From a plasmid: 64,000 nt of DNA. A program made the translations under genes and the position numbers. Positions 39,668-49,517 of the stretch are shown here, in pieces. The notes below the pieces were generated by a model. It was not told where the DNA came from. It made no database searches and saw nothing but the letters and a program-made list of their open reading frames with translations. The first letter of the stretch is position 1, and every line of letters starts with the position of its first letter. The stretch lies in sequence record NZ_CP128206.1. One strand, given 5' to 3'.

Positions 39668-40396
39668 ATGTTACTTGGGATACTGGCTGTTAGCCAAAGC
39701 TATGCGAATGACTGGGGGATCGATTCTCCCTGGAAGGAACCTGTCGCACCTCCTCCGGAAATAAAACCATTCGTGTTACCTACTCTCACAGGAGAAGCCC
39801 CACATTACAACACCCCTGCTCCGGCTTTAAAACCTGCCCCTAAAATCGACCCTGATGTTATTTTTCAAACCGTTCTGAATTGCTACCCGGAGAAGAGTAA
39901 ATTTAAGCTGGACTTAAGTCTGGTCGCGGGAATGAAAACCAATCTTGACGAGTACAACAGTGATGACTGGCCGGAAATCTCCGAGCACTATGTTGGGATT
40001 GTCGGCAAGATGCCGCTCTATTCCACGACAGAACAGTCACGGGAACGCCAGTGGGAGTATCAGCGTCGTACCTCAACCGCAACTTCGGTGGCGGCGTTTG
40101 CTCAGGCCCTTGCTGACCGTAATTATGCGTATCGTCTGATGGGACTGTATTTATCTCTCGAGGCTCGCTCACAGCAGCGTGTGGCTCAGGGGGTGGCAAG
40201 CGTTAATGAGCAAGTCGCATTACTTGAAAAGGTCGCGGGCTCTCATCGCAATGTTCTGGCGCATGAAGCCAAAATAGTAGAGCACCGGTTAGCACTGGTT
40301 GCACTCTGTGAAGACAGCTACAGTAAGAGGGTTAATCAGTACTTGCTGGACTTAGCGTTTCTTCCTCCTCATCAGGCGGAACATCAAAGCAAATGA
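39668..40396 (+). CDS. secreted hypothetical protein (signal peptide MLLGILAVSQSYA)
   Basis: Signal peptide; Pro-rich N-terminal segment. Confidence 0.5.
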   Translation: MLLGILAVSQSYANDWGIDSPWKEPVAPPPEIKPFVLPTLTGEAPHYNTPAPALKPAPKIDPDVIFQTVLNCYPEKSKFKLDLSLVAGMKTNLDEYNSDDWPEISEHYVGIVGKMPLYSTTEQSRERQWEYQRRTSTATSVAAFAQALADRNYAYRLMGLYLSLEARSQQRVAQGVASVNEQVALLEKVAGSHRNVLAHEAKIVEHRLALVALCEDSYSKRVNQYLLDLAFLPPHQAEHQSK

Positions 40397-40866
40397 AGTG
40401 GCTCAATCATGGTCTCATCGCTGGCGCTGTTTGTGCCGTTGTCTCGCCACCTCATGTACCCATATGCATTGCAGGAGCCACCGCTCCAGACTGGATTGAA
40501 TACGTTGTTAAAGTGTTTGGTCACAATATCAAGCATCGTGGCACTACCCATATTTTTACCCACTGGCTTATCGTTGCCCTCGTCTTCACATTTGTCTGGG
40601 ACTATCAGGGGGTAGGAATGGCGTTCGCATGGGGTGGTGTCAGCCATATCCTGACCGATGCCATGACCGTTTCCGGTGTTCCTTTTTCTCCCTACAGTGA
40701 CAGACGTTTCCATCTGTTTGGTGGACGGTTCCGGACCGGTGACCCGGTGGAATATGCCATCTCTGCTGGCGTTGTGATTGTCTGTATCGCTTTGTCTCAT
40801 ATCTCCGGAGGGCAAGGTTTGCTCCATTTTTTTATGACTGGGCCGGTATGTATGAGCGCGGATTAA
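40393..40866 (+). CDS. DUF457/YdjM-family membrane-bound metal-dependent hydrolase (157 aa)
   Basis: His-rich TM protein with the family pattern (HRGTTH, HILTD). Confidence 0.55.
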   Translation: MKWLNHGLIAGAVCAVVSPPHVPICIAGATAPDWIEYVVKVFGHNIKHRGTTHIFTHWLIVALVFTFVWDYQGVGMAFAWGGVSHILTDAMTVSGVPFSPYSDRRFHLFGGRFRTGDPVEYAISAGVVIVCIALSHISGGQGLLHFFMTGPVCMSAD

Positions 40867-41018
40867 TTGATGCTCTGGAGTGGAAAACAAACCGGTTCAG
40901 GCTGATTTAAATGGGCTGAAAGTTGTCAATATTCAGGCTGAATATCTTTTGGTTTTCGCTCCCGGTTCCATTATCCTAACCCCTTGGTTGATAAGTTGTT
41001 TGCAGTTAGAAGAGTGAG

Positions 41019-41720
41019 ATGGGCATTAATGTTTCCAAATCAAAACTGGTGTCACTGACCGATGCCCATGAGCGACTGGTTGTCACCCACCCGGATAAAA
41101 ATCCGGTGGAGTATAACCTCGGCTTAGAGAAATACCTGACGGCGGTTTTTCAGCGTAAGAAAGCCCGGAACAGGACCGGAGACGGTAATCCGCTCATTTA
41201 CGCACTGAAGAACATGCACAGGTTCCGTATTTCGGATGAAGACAGAGCGTCTCTGTTTGGATTGATGAAGTCCATTATTGCACGCCATTATCAGGGGGAA
41301 GTATTTGATCGTATTCTGCCTTTGCCCTCTTCAAAACCGGTGGTGTTCTGGGTGGCTCAGGCTTGTCAGGAAGCCCAGGGCGTGCCGGTTGAGCGTAATG
41401 CGTTTGTCAAAGCGACCAATGCCAATGTGCTGGCCCAGCTGCAGCAGGTGGAGAGCCACAAAGAAATTATTGAACTGAGGAAGTTACTGGAAGCGCGCAA
41501 ACCGAATGCGGTTTTTAGTATGAAAGACTTGTCGCAGTTTCAGCGTCAGTTTGTTGAGCCTGTCCGTCTGAACCCGTTTTTTACGCCCGAAGGCAGAGTG
41601 CTTTTGGTGGATGATTTGGTTTCCTCAGGTGCAACGTTTAAATCCGGCTATCGGTCGGTGAAAAACAAACATCCGGAAGTGGATATAGAATGCTTGTCGT
41701 TGCTTGGTCCGGTGACTTGA
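41019..41720 (+). CDS. phosphoribosyltransferase-domain protein (ComF/PRTase-like, 233 aa)
   Basis: PRPP-binding motif VLLVDDLVSSGATF near the C-terminus. Confidence 0.55.
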   Translation: MGINVSKSKLVSLTDAHERLVVTHPDKNPVEYNLGLEKYLTAVFQRKKARNRTGDGNPLIYALKNMHRFRISDEDRASLFGLMKSIIARHYQGEVFDRILPLPSSKPVVFWVAQACQEAQGVPVERNAFVKATNANVLAQLQQVESHKEIIELRKLLEARKPNAVFSMKDLSQFQRQFVEPVRLNPFFTPEGRVLLVDDLVSSGATFKSGYRSVKNKHPEVDIECLSLLGPVT

Positions 41721-41899
41721 CTCGGTAACGCAGGGACGTATAATTGAACATACAGACCGTACATGTGCTCTATGGTCTTTAAAGAAGATATGAGCGAAAG
41801 CTTATGAGCCCGAGCTGCACCCTGAAACGAGGTCAGACCATAAGGGTTGAGTATCGTTTAGTTAGGCATCGGCTAACACCATTAATTTATTAATGACAA

Positions 41900-41935
41900 C
41901 AGCGCCCGGTTTATCCGGGCGCTGTTGTATCTGCA
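41900..41935 (+). terminator. GC hairpin ACAGCGCCCGG-TTTAT-CCGGGCGCTGT downstream of the PRTase-like gene
   Basis: Perfect 11-bp stem. Confidence 0.5.
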
Positions 41936-42008
41936 GTTTACCACTCGTTTTATTCTCCGGAATTTTGTCAATATTCAGCCTGAATATTGACAAACTCCGC
42001 TCTGATAT

Positions 42009-42905
42009 TCATTCATATTTCAAGGTCTTAACCGTTTCTTTTGAGCAGGCGGAGAAGTGACGGGAAAGATCACTGCGGATACGGTCTGAGGCGTAATACA
42101 TAGTGTATCGATACTCCAGCCCCGGGCTGAAAGGACGGGTCACTACGTTATCTTTTGGCCACAGATGGGCGTTGAAAGGATCCAGCAAAGCAAGACAAAG
42201 CCCGTTGGCAACCAGACCGTATCCGGACAGCGATCGCTGAGTCGCGAACTGGAAGCGGACATCGATGTTGTGTTCCTCGAGCATGGCTTTATGCCGGTTC
42301 CATTCTATGCCGTCTTCATCGACCAGTTTTAGCAGGTTTTCTCCGTTCAGATCCTGAGGGTTAATCACCTCTTTCTCCGCAAGCCGATGGCCTGCCGGCA
42401 TCACACATACCCAGTTCACAGTGATCAGCGGCTCATCAATAAAGCCAAAATCGTAGCTGACATGGTTGGTAATAATCAGATCGTATTTGGCGTGACGCAA
42501 TCCCTGCATTAGCTGGTTGACGCTGTCAGAGAGCAGGCTTACCTGAACATCCGGATACGAAGTTACAAAGTCTTTGATGATGCGCGGTACCACCCAGGTA
42601 GCCAGAGCGGGCGTAGCCCCGATCGATAAACGGCCGCGTGAGGAATGACGAAGATTTTCCGCCACACTTTCCAGGTGCTTAATGCCGTGAAAGATGTTTT
42701 TCACCTCATCGTAAAACGCCATCGCTTCCGCAGTCGGGTGCATCCGGCCCTTTTCCTTACGGAATAATTCAAACTCGACGCCTTCCTGCAAATCCTTGAT
42801 GAGCCGGCTGACAGAAGGCTGGGAAATACGCAGCTCTTCGGCTGCCCGGGAAAATGACCCGGTCTGAATGACCGAGAGAAAAGCCTGAAGCTGTTTATAT
42901 TGCAT
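42009..42905 (-). CDS. LysR-family transcriptional regulator (298 aa)
   Basis: HTH N-terminus plus substrate-binding domain. Divergent from the transporter gene. Confidence 0.9.
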   Translation of the reverse strand: MQYKQLQAFLSVIQTGSFSRAAEELRISQPSVSRLIKDLQEGVEFELFRKEKGRMHPTAEAMAFYDEVKNIFHGIKHLESVAENLRHSSRGRLSIGATPALATWVVPRIIKDFVTSYPDVQVSLLSDSVNQLMQGLRHAKYDLIITNHVSYDFGFIDEPLITVNWVCVMPAGHRLAEKEVINPQDLNGENLLKLVDEDGIEWNRHKAMLEEHNIDVRFQFATQRSLSGYGLVANGLCLALLDPFNAHLWPKDNVVTRPFSPGLEYRYTMYYASDRIRSDLSRHFSACSKETVKTLKYE

Positions 42906-43055
42906 GAGTAATACCTATAGCATTTTCAAATAATACTATACAAAAATGGCCATTGAATAAATAAGGTATGTGTGGAACATTGCCCGTACACCGGATGAAT
43001 TATTTCCCGGAAAGCAAAACGGATTTACTTGGACATACAGAAACGGAGAACTGTC

Positions 43056-44510
43056 ATGAGTACGATGAGCCAGGAGCAGAGCCGCTCCCGGGAAACTGAG
43101 ATGCCGAGCCGTTGGTATCAGCGCTTCCCTGATCCTATGGTACTGATTTTTTATATTCTGCTGGTTGCCAGTGCGCTGACCTGGCTGGTACCTAAAGGTG
43201 CCTACGATACCGAAAGCGTCGACGGACGCCAGCGGGTTATCGCCGGTTCCTTTCATTACTTAACTGAGAGTGACGCACCGGCCGGTGTGTTTAGCGTCAT
43301 CAATAAGCTGTTCGATATTTTTGTCGCCATCCCGCAGGGGCTGGTTCAGTCGGCGCAATACCTGTTTATTGTGTTCATTGCCGGAGGACTGTTTAACATT
43401 CTTTACCGCACCCACGCACTGGAAAACTTCGTCGGTTCTTCTGTTAAGCGTATCGGTCTGGAACGCGGTAATCTGCTGATCTGGTTATCCACTTACCTTT
43501 ATGGTGTATTCGGGATTGCAGTGGGTTTTGAAAACAACATTGCGCTGGTACCGGTCGCGCTGCTGGTTTCGAGTGCCTTGGGTTATAAGAACCTGGTTGG
43601 GGCCTGCATTGCGATCGGGGGGATTGGAATTGGTTTCGCTCTGTCACCGATTAACCCTTACACCGTCGGTGTGGCGCAGAATATTGCCGGGCTGCCGATT
43701 TTCTCAGGCGCTCTGGTCCGTTGTATTTTAACCTTTGTCTGTCTGTCGATGCTTGCCTGGTACATCACTGCGGTTGTCGCTCCCAAAGCGCGCAGCGAAG
43801 ATACCGGACAGGACGGGTTATCTTCTGAACTCAGCAGCTACAGCATGAGCATGCAGGACAAAGCCGTCATTCTGATTTTTCTGGCCGGTATTGTGGTTAT
43901 TGCCGGATGTTCCTATCTGGCGGGTACTGGCGCGCTGGGCCGCAGCTGGTACATTAAAGAAATCACGGCGGTATTCCTGCTGATCTCTATTGCGATTGCC
44001 GCTACCTGCCGTATCGGTGCCAATCAATACGTGAAATACATGATTGAAGGGGCATCCGGCGTGACTGGAGGAGCTCTGGTTATCGGTCTGGCAGCTTCGA
44101 TTAAAGTGGTGCTGGAAGACGGCCAAATCATTTATACCATAGTGCACACCTTTAACCTGCTGATTGGCTACGTACCGGACGCGCTGACAGCGGTCACTAT
44201 TAGTGTGATTCAGGGGTTCATTAACCTGTTTATTCCGAGTGGTTCAGGACAGGCTCTGGTGACCATGCCTATTCTGATCCCGCTGGCAGACCTGATTGGT
44301 ATCAGCCATCAGGTGATGATTTTGGCGTTTCAGGTCGGTGACGGCATCACTAACCTGATCATCCCGACCTCAGGCGGTACGCTGGCCATGCTGGCTCTGG
44401 CCAAGGTGAGTTTTTCCAATTGGGTGAAAACCATCTTCCCGGTCATTGTCATGGCATATGTCTTAAGCTGGGTATGTCTGGTAATAGCCCAGTACACCAA
44501 CTGGTCATAA
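43056..44510 (+). CDS. YfcC-family (C4-dicarboxylate anaerobic carrier superfamily) membrane transporter, ~484 aa
   Basis: Polytopic membrane protein with YfcC-family motifs. Start chosen at the ATG after GGAGAA. Confidence 0.75.
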   Translation: MSTMSQEQSRSRETEMPSRWYQRFPDPMVLIFYILLVASALTWLVPKGAYDTESVDGRQRVIAGSFHYLTESDAPAGVFSVINKLFDIFVAIPQGLVQSAQYLFIVFIAGGLFNILYRTHALENFVGSSVKRIGLERGNLLIWLSTYLYGVFGIAVGFENNIALVPVALLVSSALGYKNLVGACIAIGGIGIGFALSPINPYTVGVAQNIAGLPIFSGALVRCILTFVCLSMLAWYITAVVAPKARSEDTGQDGLSSELSSYSMSMQDKAVILIFLAGIVVIAGCSYLAGTGALGRSWYIKEITAVFLLISIAIAATCRIGANQYVKYMIEGASGVTGGALVIGLAASIKVVLEDGQIIYTIVHTFNLLIGYVPDALTAVTISVIQGFINLFIPSGSGQALVTMPILIPLADLIGISHQVMILAFQVGDGITNLIIPTSGGTLAMLALAKVSFSNWVKTIFPVIVMAYVLSWVCLVIAQYTNWS

Positions 44511-44559
44511 ACAAGAGACCGCAGCGTGGCTGGCACCGCGCTGCTGTATGGAGATGTAA

Positions 44560-45465
44560 GTGAATACAGTGAAAAATATCGCGTTGATCGGCGGCACCCA
44601 CGGTAATGAGTTATCCGGGATTTATCTGGTGAAAAAGTGGCAGCAGAACCGGACACTGACGCAGTGGCCTGAGCTCAGCATCACTACCAAAATTTCAAAT
44701 CCGAGAGCCTGTGAGAACAGTGTGCGTTATATGGAATCGGATCTGAACCGGGAATTCTGTCAGGCTGATCTGGACGATAACAGTAAGGTCGGTTACGAGC
44801 AGTTGCTGGCAAAAAAGCTTAACGCTGAACTGGGGCCAAAAGGTGCGTCACCGTTTGATTTCATTATCGATCTGCACAACACCACCTCTAACATGGGAGC
44901 GTGTCTGATGCTGTTGAAAAAAGATGATTTCAACTTAAAGCTGGGCGCGTATGTTAAAAGCCGCATGCCGGAATCGAACATCTACTTCCAGGACAATATC
45001 CCGGAGAACAAACGCAGCTTTCTGATCACCATCGCAGAGCAGGGGGTGACGGTCGAAGTCGGCGCACAGCCAAATTCAGTGTTGCAGCATAAAACGCTGG
45101 AGCTGATGGAAACCATGACCGCGCACATCCTGAACTTTTGTGAGCAGTATAATCAGGGCTCTGAACTGGACCTGCCGGACGGTTATGAGGCCTTCCAGTA
45201 CTGCGGAGACCTGAAGCTGCCGATGACCGAAAACGGTGAACGAAACGGAATGGTGCTGAAATCGATTGATCAGCGTGACTTCTCTCCGGTTGAACCGGGG
45301 CAGGCGATCATGGAGACCTTCGATGGCCAACTAATTTACTGGGAAGGCGATTATACTGCTTATCCGTTGTTCATCAATGAAGCGGCATATCGAAAAAGCA
45401 GCAACGCGATGAGCCTGTCAAAGAAAATCACGATAAGCGGGTATCAGGCCTGTCTTACTGAGTAA
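44560..45465 (+). CDS. aspartoacylase / succinylglutamate-desuccinylase family Zn hydrolase (301 aa)
   Basis: GGTHGNE motif and family length. Confidence 0.75.
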   Translation: MNTVKNIALIGGTHGNELSGIYLVKKWQQNRTLTQWPELSITTKISNPRACENSVRYMESDLNREFCQADLDDNSKVGYEQLLAKKLNAELGPKGASPFDFIIDLHNTTSNMGACLMLLKKDDFNLKLGAYVKSRMPESNIYFQDNIPENKRSFLITIAEQGVTVEVGAQPNSVLQHKTLELMETMTAHILNFCEQYNQGSELDLPDGYEAFQYCGDLKLPMTENGERNGMVLKSIDQRDFSPVEPGQAIMETFDGQLIYWEGDYTAYPLFINEAAYRKSSNAMSLSKKITISGYQACLTE

Positions 45466-45557
45466 AATTTTCACGAATGAAAAACGTCTGAAGCCGTGTT
45501 ATTACTTGGTTCTTCAGGCTTTTTTTGTTTGTGGTTGCGCTGATGTTTAGGAACAAT

Positions 45558-46622
45558 AAAGTTTGTACGGCTTTGTTGCGTAATTCGATGGAACTAAATC
45601 AAGAAACTACGATCTGAGCGGCTACGCCCATCAATCGTCGTAGCCTCATGCCTAAACCTCGTTACAAAACAACTAACTGGAAGCAGTACAATAAATCCTT
45701 AATCAACCGTGGTTCTCTGGCCTTTTGGATTGATGAGGAAGCGATAGCTGAGTGGAAGCAAAACAAACAAGGCAAGCGTGGTAGACCTCGCCGATTCAGC
45801 GACTTAGCCATTACTACCGCACTGATGGTGAAACGCGTTTTCTCTATGCCCTTGAGAGCGCTGCAAGGTTTTCTAGACTCCGTATTTAAGCTGGCTAACA
45901 TCCCGCTTGTTTGCCCGCACTACACCTGTATAAGCCGCCGAGCTAAGGAAGTTGAAGTTTCATTTAAAACCAAAACCAGAGGAGCAATACAACATCTGGC
46001 CATTGATGCCACTGGCCTCAAGGTTTATGGCGAAGGTGAATGGAAGGTCAAGAAGCATGGAACTGATGGGAAGCGAAGAGTCTGGCGTAAGCTGCATATC
46101 GCGGTAGATACAAGCACCCACGAAATAGTCGCAGCAGAGCTGAGCTTATCTAACGTAACTGATGCCGAAGTGCTCCCCAACTTACTCAAGCAAACACGTC
46201 GTAAAATCATTGAGATATCAGGCGATGGGGCTTATGACACAAGGAATTGCCATGATGCCATACGGATCAAGCGAGCTGTTCCGCTCATCCCGCCAAGAGA
46301 AGGAGCAGCCTTCTGGGAACAAGGGCATCCTCGTAACTTAGCGGTAGGTTGCCAGAAGCTCTACGGCTCCAACAAGAAGTGGAAAAAGCGGTATGGCTAT
46401 CATAAGCGCTCTCTGTCAGAGACCGCAATGTACCGAGTAAAACAGTTGCTAGGTGGGAAATTAAGTCTAAGAAATTACAACGCTCAGGTTGGCGAGACTT
46501 ACGCCATGATCAAAGCACTGAACAAACTTACAGGGCTTGGTATGCCTGAAACTCAGTATATTGTATAAAAGTCGCTCAACTTTAGGAGGTTTGGTTTCTC
46601 GTCTGAATTACGCAACAAAGCC
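45558..46622 (+). mobile_element. IS5-family (IS903-group) insertion sequence, copy 2; direct repeat of copy 1; transposase 45648..46568 identical to copy 1
   Basis: Left IR GGCTTTGTTGCGTAATTCGATGGAAC, right IR ...GAATTACGCAACAAAGCC. No target duplication (AGTTTGTAC vs GATTATTGA). Confidence 0.9.
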
Positions 46623-46912
46623 GATTATTGATGCTAATGGCCCTAAGGGCATGGATAAATTCAAAGGACAGCTGGCTCATAATATGTTGTCTATTCAGAA
46701 ATATTTACCTGAATCGTCACGGTTTGAAGTTGTCGATAAAGGATTGTTTCTGACATTGCCATTAACTTGGGCCGAGGAAAACCATGACTTGAAAGATAAC
46801 TTGGAAAATTTACTTTCCGTGTTAACGCCTCTTAAATTAGCTCAGAAATCAAGCTCCATTGATGCTGGTTAAATTTTGTGAATAAGCCGGGAACTCCGGC
46901 TTAACTTCTGCT

Positions 46913-46947
46913 GCTTATTGCTTATTGCTTATTGCTTATTGCTTATT
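46913..46947. repeat. (GCTTATT)x5 heptanucleotide tandem repeat overlapping the parB stop codon
   Basis: Five perfect tandem copies. Confidence 0.9.
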
Positions 46948-48006
46948 CAGTACCGAATGAATAGCTTTATCCAACTCATCCTGAACCTCTTTCGACAATC
47001 GTCCGAACTCGTAAGAAAAGTTACGGCCTTTTACCCGCTTACGGGCAAACATACCTTTGCTGTCGAAATGGGCCAGGGGAGTCACTTCGGCTTTGTCCTT
47101 ATCTTGCTTTTCTTCTTCTATCTTGAGCTCAGCTTTGATGGCAGAAACAATAGCGTCTTTCTGATCCTGAAGGTCGTATTCAGCCTGAATATTGACAATA
47201 TGCTTTTCGATTTTATTTACGAAGCCTGAAAGCTGCCTGTTGTCCTGGCAAACCTTCATCACCTTATCAAGTAAGGTATAGTCAGGATGGGAAAGGGCGT
47301 TTGCAACCGGGAATAACTGGACGAGCTTTTCATCAACGCTGGCCGCCTTGATTGCTTTACTTACACCGGCCTGGCTAAGACCAACTTGTTTTGCAATTTC
47401 AGCCTGAGTGAGTTCTTCATTCGAAGCTTTGATTGCTAAACATTGTTTGCCTATTTCCCGAAGGTTGTGCTCTTTGGCTGTCTGCAATTGTTTGGCTAAT
47501 GCTTTTGCATCGGCAACCGAAATATCATCCTGAGTAACCAGAATACGGAACGACTCTACGCGACCTTCCTGCAGCAGGAACCAGGCGCGACGACGAGAGC
47601 CATCCAGCACATCAATTTTACCATCGACTTCGCGGCCAACTGCCGGGTAGAACTGTTGAAACTCGAGTGAATTTAAATCTGAAAGTGACTCTGGCGTCAA
47701 TAATGACTGGTCCCGGCCGTTTACATCAAAAGTAACGACGGTTTCATCACGAACCTGTTCATGTGACAATGTCACTTCATTAAAGGTTGCCGTATTGCCA
47801 GATGAAAGCTGCCAGACCATGCTCTGGCCAACTGAATCGATACCAAATTGCTCTTTAAGGAATGCCGCCGCGTTTTCACCGGCTTTCTCTATTTCAGTAG
47901 TCAGTTGCTGAGTTAAATTAGTCAGGTTTGCTTTTGCTGCCGATTGTTGTGCTTCTGCAGATCCAGGAGCATTACCCAAAGGGCTGCCACCACGTTTTTT
48001 GGCCAT
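46936..48006 (-). CDS. parB: ParB partition protein (356 aa)
   Basis: ParB/Spo0J-type domain. Its start overlaps the parA stop (TAATG). Confidence 0.85.
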   Translation of the reverse strand: MAKKRGGSPLGNAPGSAEAQQSAAKANLTNLTQQLTTEIEKAGENAAAFLKEQFGIDSVGQSMVWQLSSGNTATFNEVTLSHEQVRDETVVTFDVNGRDQSLLTPESLSDLNSLEFQQFYPAVGREVDGKIDVLDGSRRRAWFLLQEGRVESFRILVTQDDISVADAKALAKQLQTAKEHNLREIGKQCLAIKASNEELTQAEIAKQVGLSQAGVSKAIKAASVDEKLVQLFPVANALSHPDYTLLDKVMKVCQDNRQLSGFVNKIEKHIVNIQAEYDLQDQKDAIVSAIKAELKIEEEKQDKDKAEVTPLAHFDSKGMFARKRVKGRNFSYEFGRLSKEVQDELDKAIHSVLNKQ

Positions 48007-49205
48007 TATGCTTGCTCCTGTTCACGCCAGATATTAAGGATGTCACGCTGAATTTGGCTTATGACTTCATAACCATTTTGCTGCGCGGTCTGGAAAGTTG
48101 ATTTGCTCTTAGGGTATTCACTCTTTGACATATCGAAAACGGTCGAGAGCAGGGAGGAGGCTTGTCTAATCGCTTCGCTGTGTTTGAATTCTTTCGAATA
48201 CAGATACGGACCAAAGTGATCATAAAGGCTGTTCATCAGCTCGGTAGTTGTTGAGCTATCACGATGGTTAGTCAGCAATATTTTCATGAAGTCATAACCT
48301 TCGTGATTCGCATTGGCCAGCAACGCCCAGACCTGAGGAATGTAACTAAAATATGAGCATGTTGCATCGATATCGTTTTCAGTAATTGATAACGGGAACA
48401 CCACACTGGTTGCTGCAAAGTACGCGTTGTACGTTGCGTAACCTAAAGAAGGTGGCGTATCGATGATGATGATGTCGAACTCCTCTTTCACGGCATCAAT
48501 GATATCGTCCAGAATAGAGTAAGGGGAGGGCAGTTTGTGGCTGAACACTTGTTCATGAAACCACCCTTCGATCGCCCGGTCACTCTGTGCCGCAGGCAGG
48601 ATACGCAAATTTGGAATAGTGGTTTCAAGGAATGCCTCGGATACCGCCTGTTCAAATGTCTCGCCTTCATCCAAATCAAAATTACGCATAATAAGGTCAC
48701 CAACAGAAAGGCTTCCTTCCTGATCGGCTTCTGGTGCGTAGTACATGGATAATGTTGCCTGACCATCCATATCAATTAAACCAACACGATATTCCTGATG
48801 GAACTCGGTTGCCAAACCTGATGCAACAGTTGCGGCAGATACGGTCTTACCAACACCACCTTTCTGGTTCTGGATCACTATGACTTGAGCTGACTGCTTT
48901 TCACTACGACTGAATTTTGGCTCTTTACGTAAAGTCTCGGGTAATAAATCACGTACGCGATACATTTCTTCGATATCAATAGACCATTGCGAGTCTTCAT
49001 GACGACGAGGGTCAATCTCTGCAGCTGTTACGTACTTATCTAAGGTTTTGGCATCAATGCCCAGATAGGCTGAAGCCTCTGCGCGAGTGAAATTACGCAG
49101 TTCTTTACGGTGATTAGCAAGCAAACGTAAGTTACGTCGTTTGATGTAGGCATCTGCACCTTGCTTAAGTGACTGAAATATTGTGGTGGTCTGCTGGGAA
49201 TCCAT
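48006..49205 (-). CDS. parA: type Ia ParA partition ATPase with N-terminal HTH extension (~399 aa from the ATG at 49205; the tracked ORF extends to a TTG at 49265)
   Basis: Deviant Walker A KGGVGKT. The long N-terminal extension is typical of SopA/P1-ParA/chrII-ParA2 proteins. AAGGAGG-N5-ATG at 49205. Confidence 0.88.
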   Translation of the reverse strand: MDSQQTTTIFQSLKQGADAYIKRRNLRLLANHRKELRNFTRAEASAYLGIDAKTLDKYVTAAEIDPRRHEDSQWSIDIEEMYRVRDLLPETLRKEPKFSRSEKQSAQVIVIQNQKGGVGKTVSAATVASGLATEFHQEYRVGLIDMDGQATLSMYYAPEADQEGSLSVGDLIMRNFDLDEGETFEQAVSEAFLETTIPNLRILPAAQSDRAIEGWFHEQVFSHKLPSPYSILDDIIDAVKEEFDIIIIDTPPSLGYATYNAYFAATSVVFPLSITENDIDATCSYFSYIPQVWALLANANHEGYDFMKILLTNHRDSSTTTELMNSLYDHFGPYLYSKEFKHSEAIRQASSLLSTVFDMSKSEYPKSKSTFQTAQQNGYEVISQIQRDILNIWREQEQA

Positions 49206-49239
49206 TTCTGCCTCCTTATAGGAATTAGAAACAGTATAT

Positions 49240-49275
49240 CCCTTATTTTTTGATGTGTGTATCAAAAAATAAGGG
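49240..49275. promoter_or_regulatory. perfect 15-bp-arm inverted repeat CCCTTATTTTTTGAT-GTGTGT-ATCAAAAAATAAGGG overlapping the par promoter (candidate -10 TATACT just downstream); likely ParA autoregulatory operator
   Basis: Perfect palindrome 35-70 bp upstream of the parA ATG. Confidence 0.6.
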
Positions 49276-49517
49276 AGTGGTGTGAACTGCTATTAGTTTT
49301 TGCACAAATTTAATACTAATTAATGTAAGTCGCACCGGGGATGTATGCGCTATTTCTTGCGAGCCTCGATTTTAGGGGGGCGTCCAAGTTCCTCATTGGG
49401 CTCAATACACTCATCTTCGAGCCAATCCAAGCAAATATGGGGGTAATGACCAACCCCCCGATTTGTTCTCTTGAAATCATTTATGGGGTCTGAAGCCCAA
49501 TGGAACGAAAACGTACG

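Noticed and set aside
46913-46947. Heptamer repeat as a phase-variation switch for ParB
   Set aside because: The parB stop codon falls at the first/second unit junction, so copy-number changes cannot alter the protein. It is kept only as a low-interest microsatellite.
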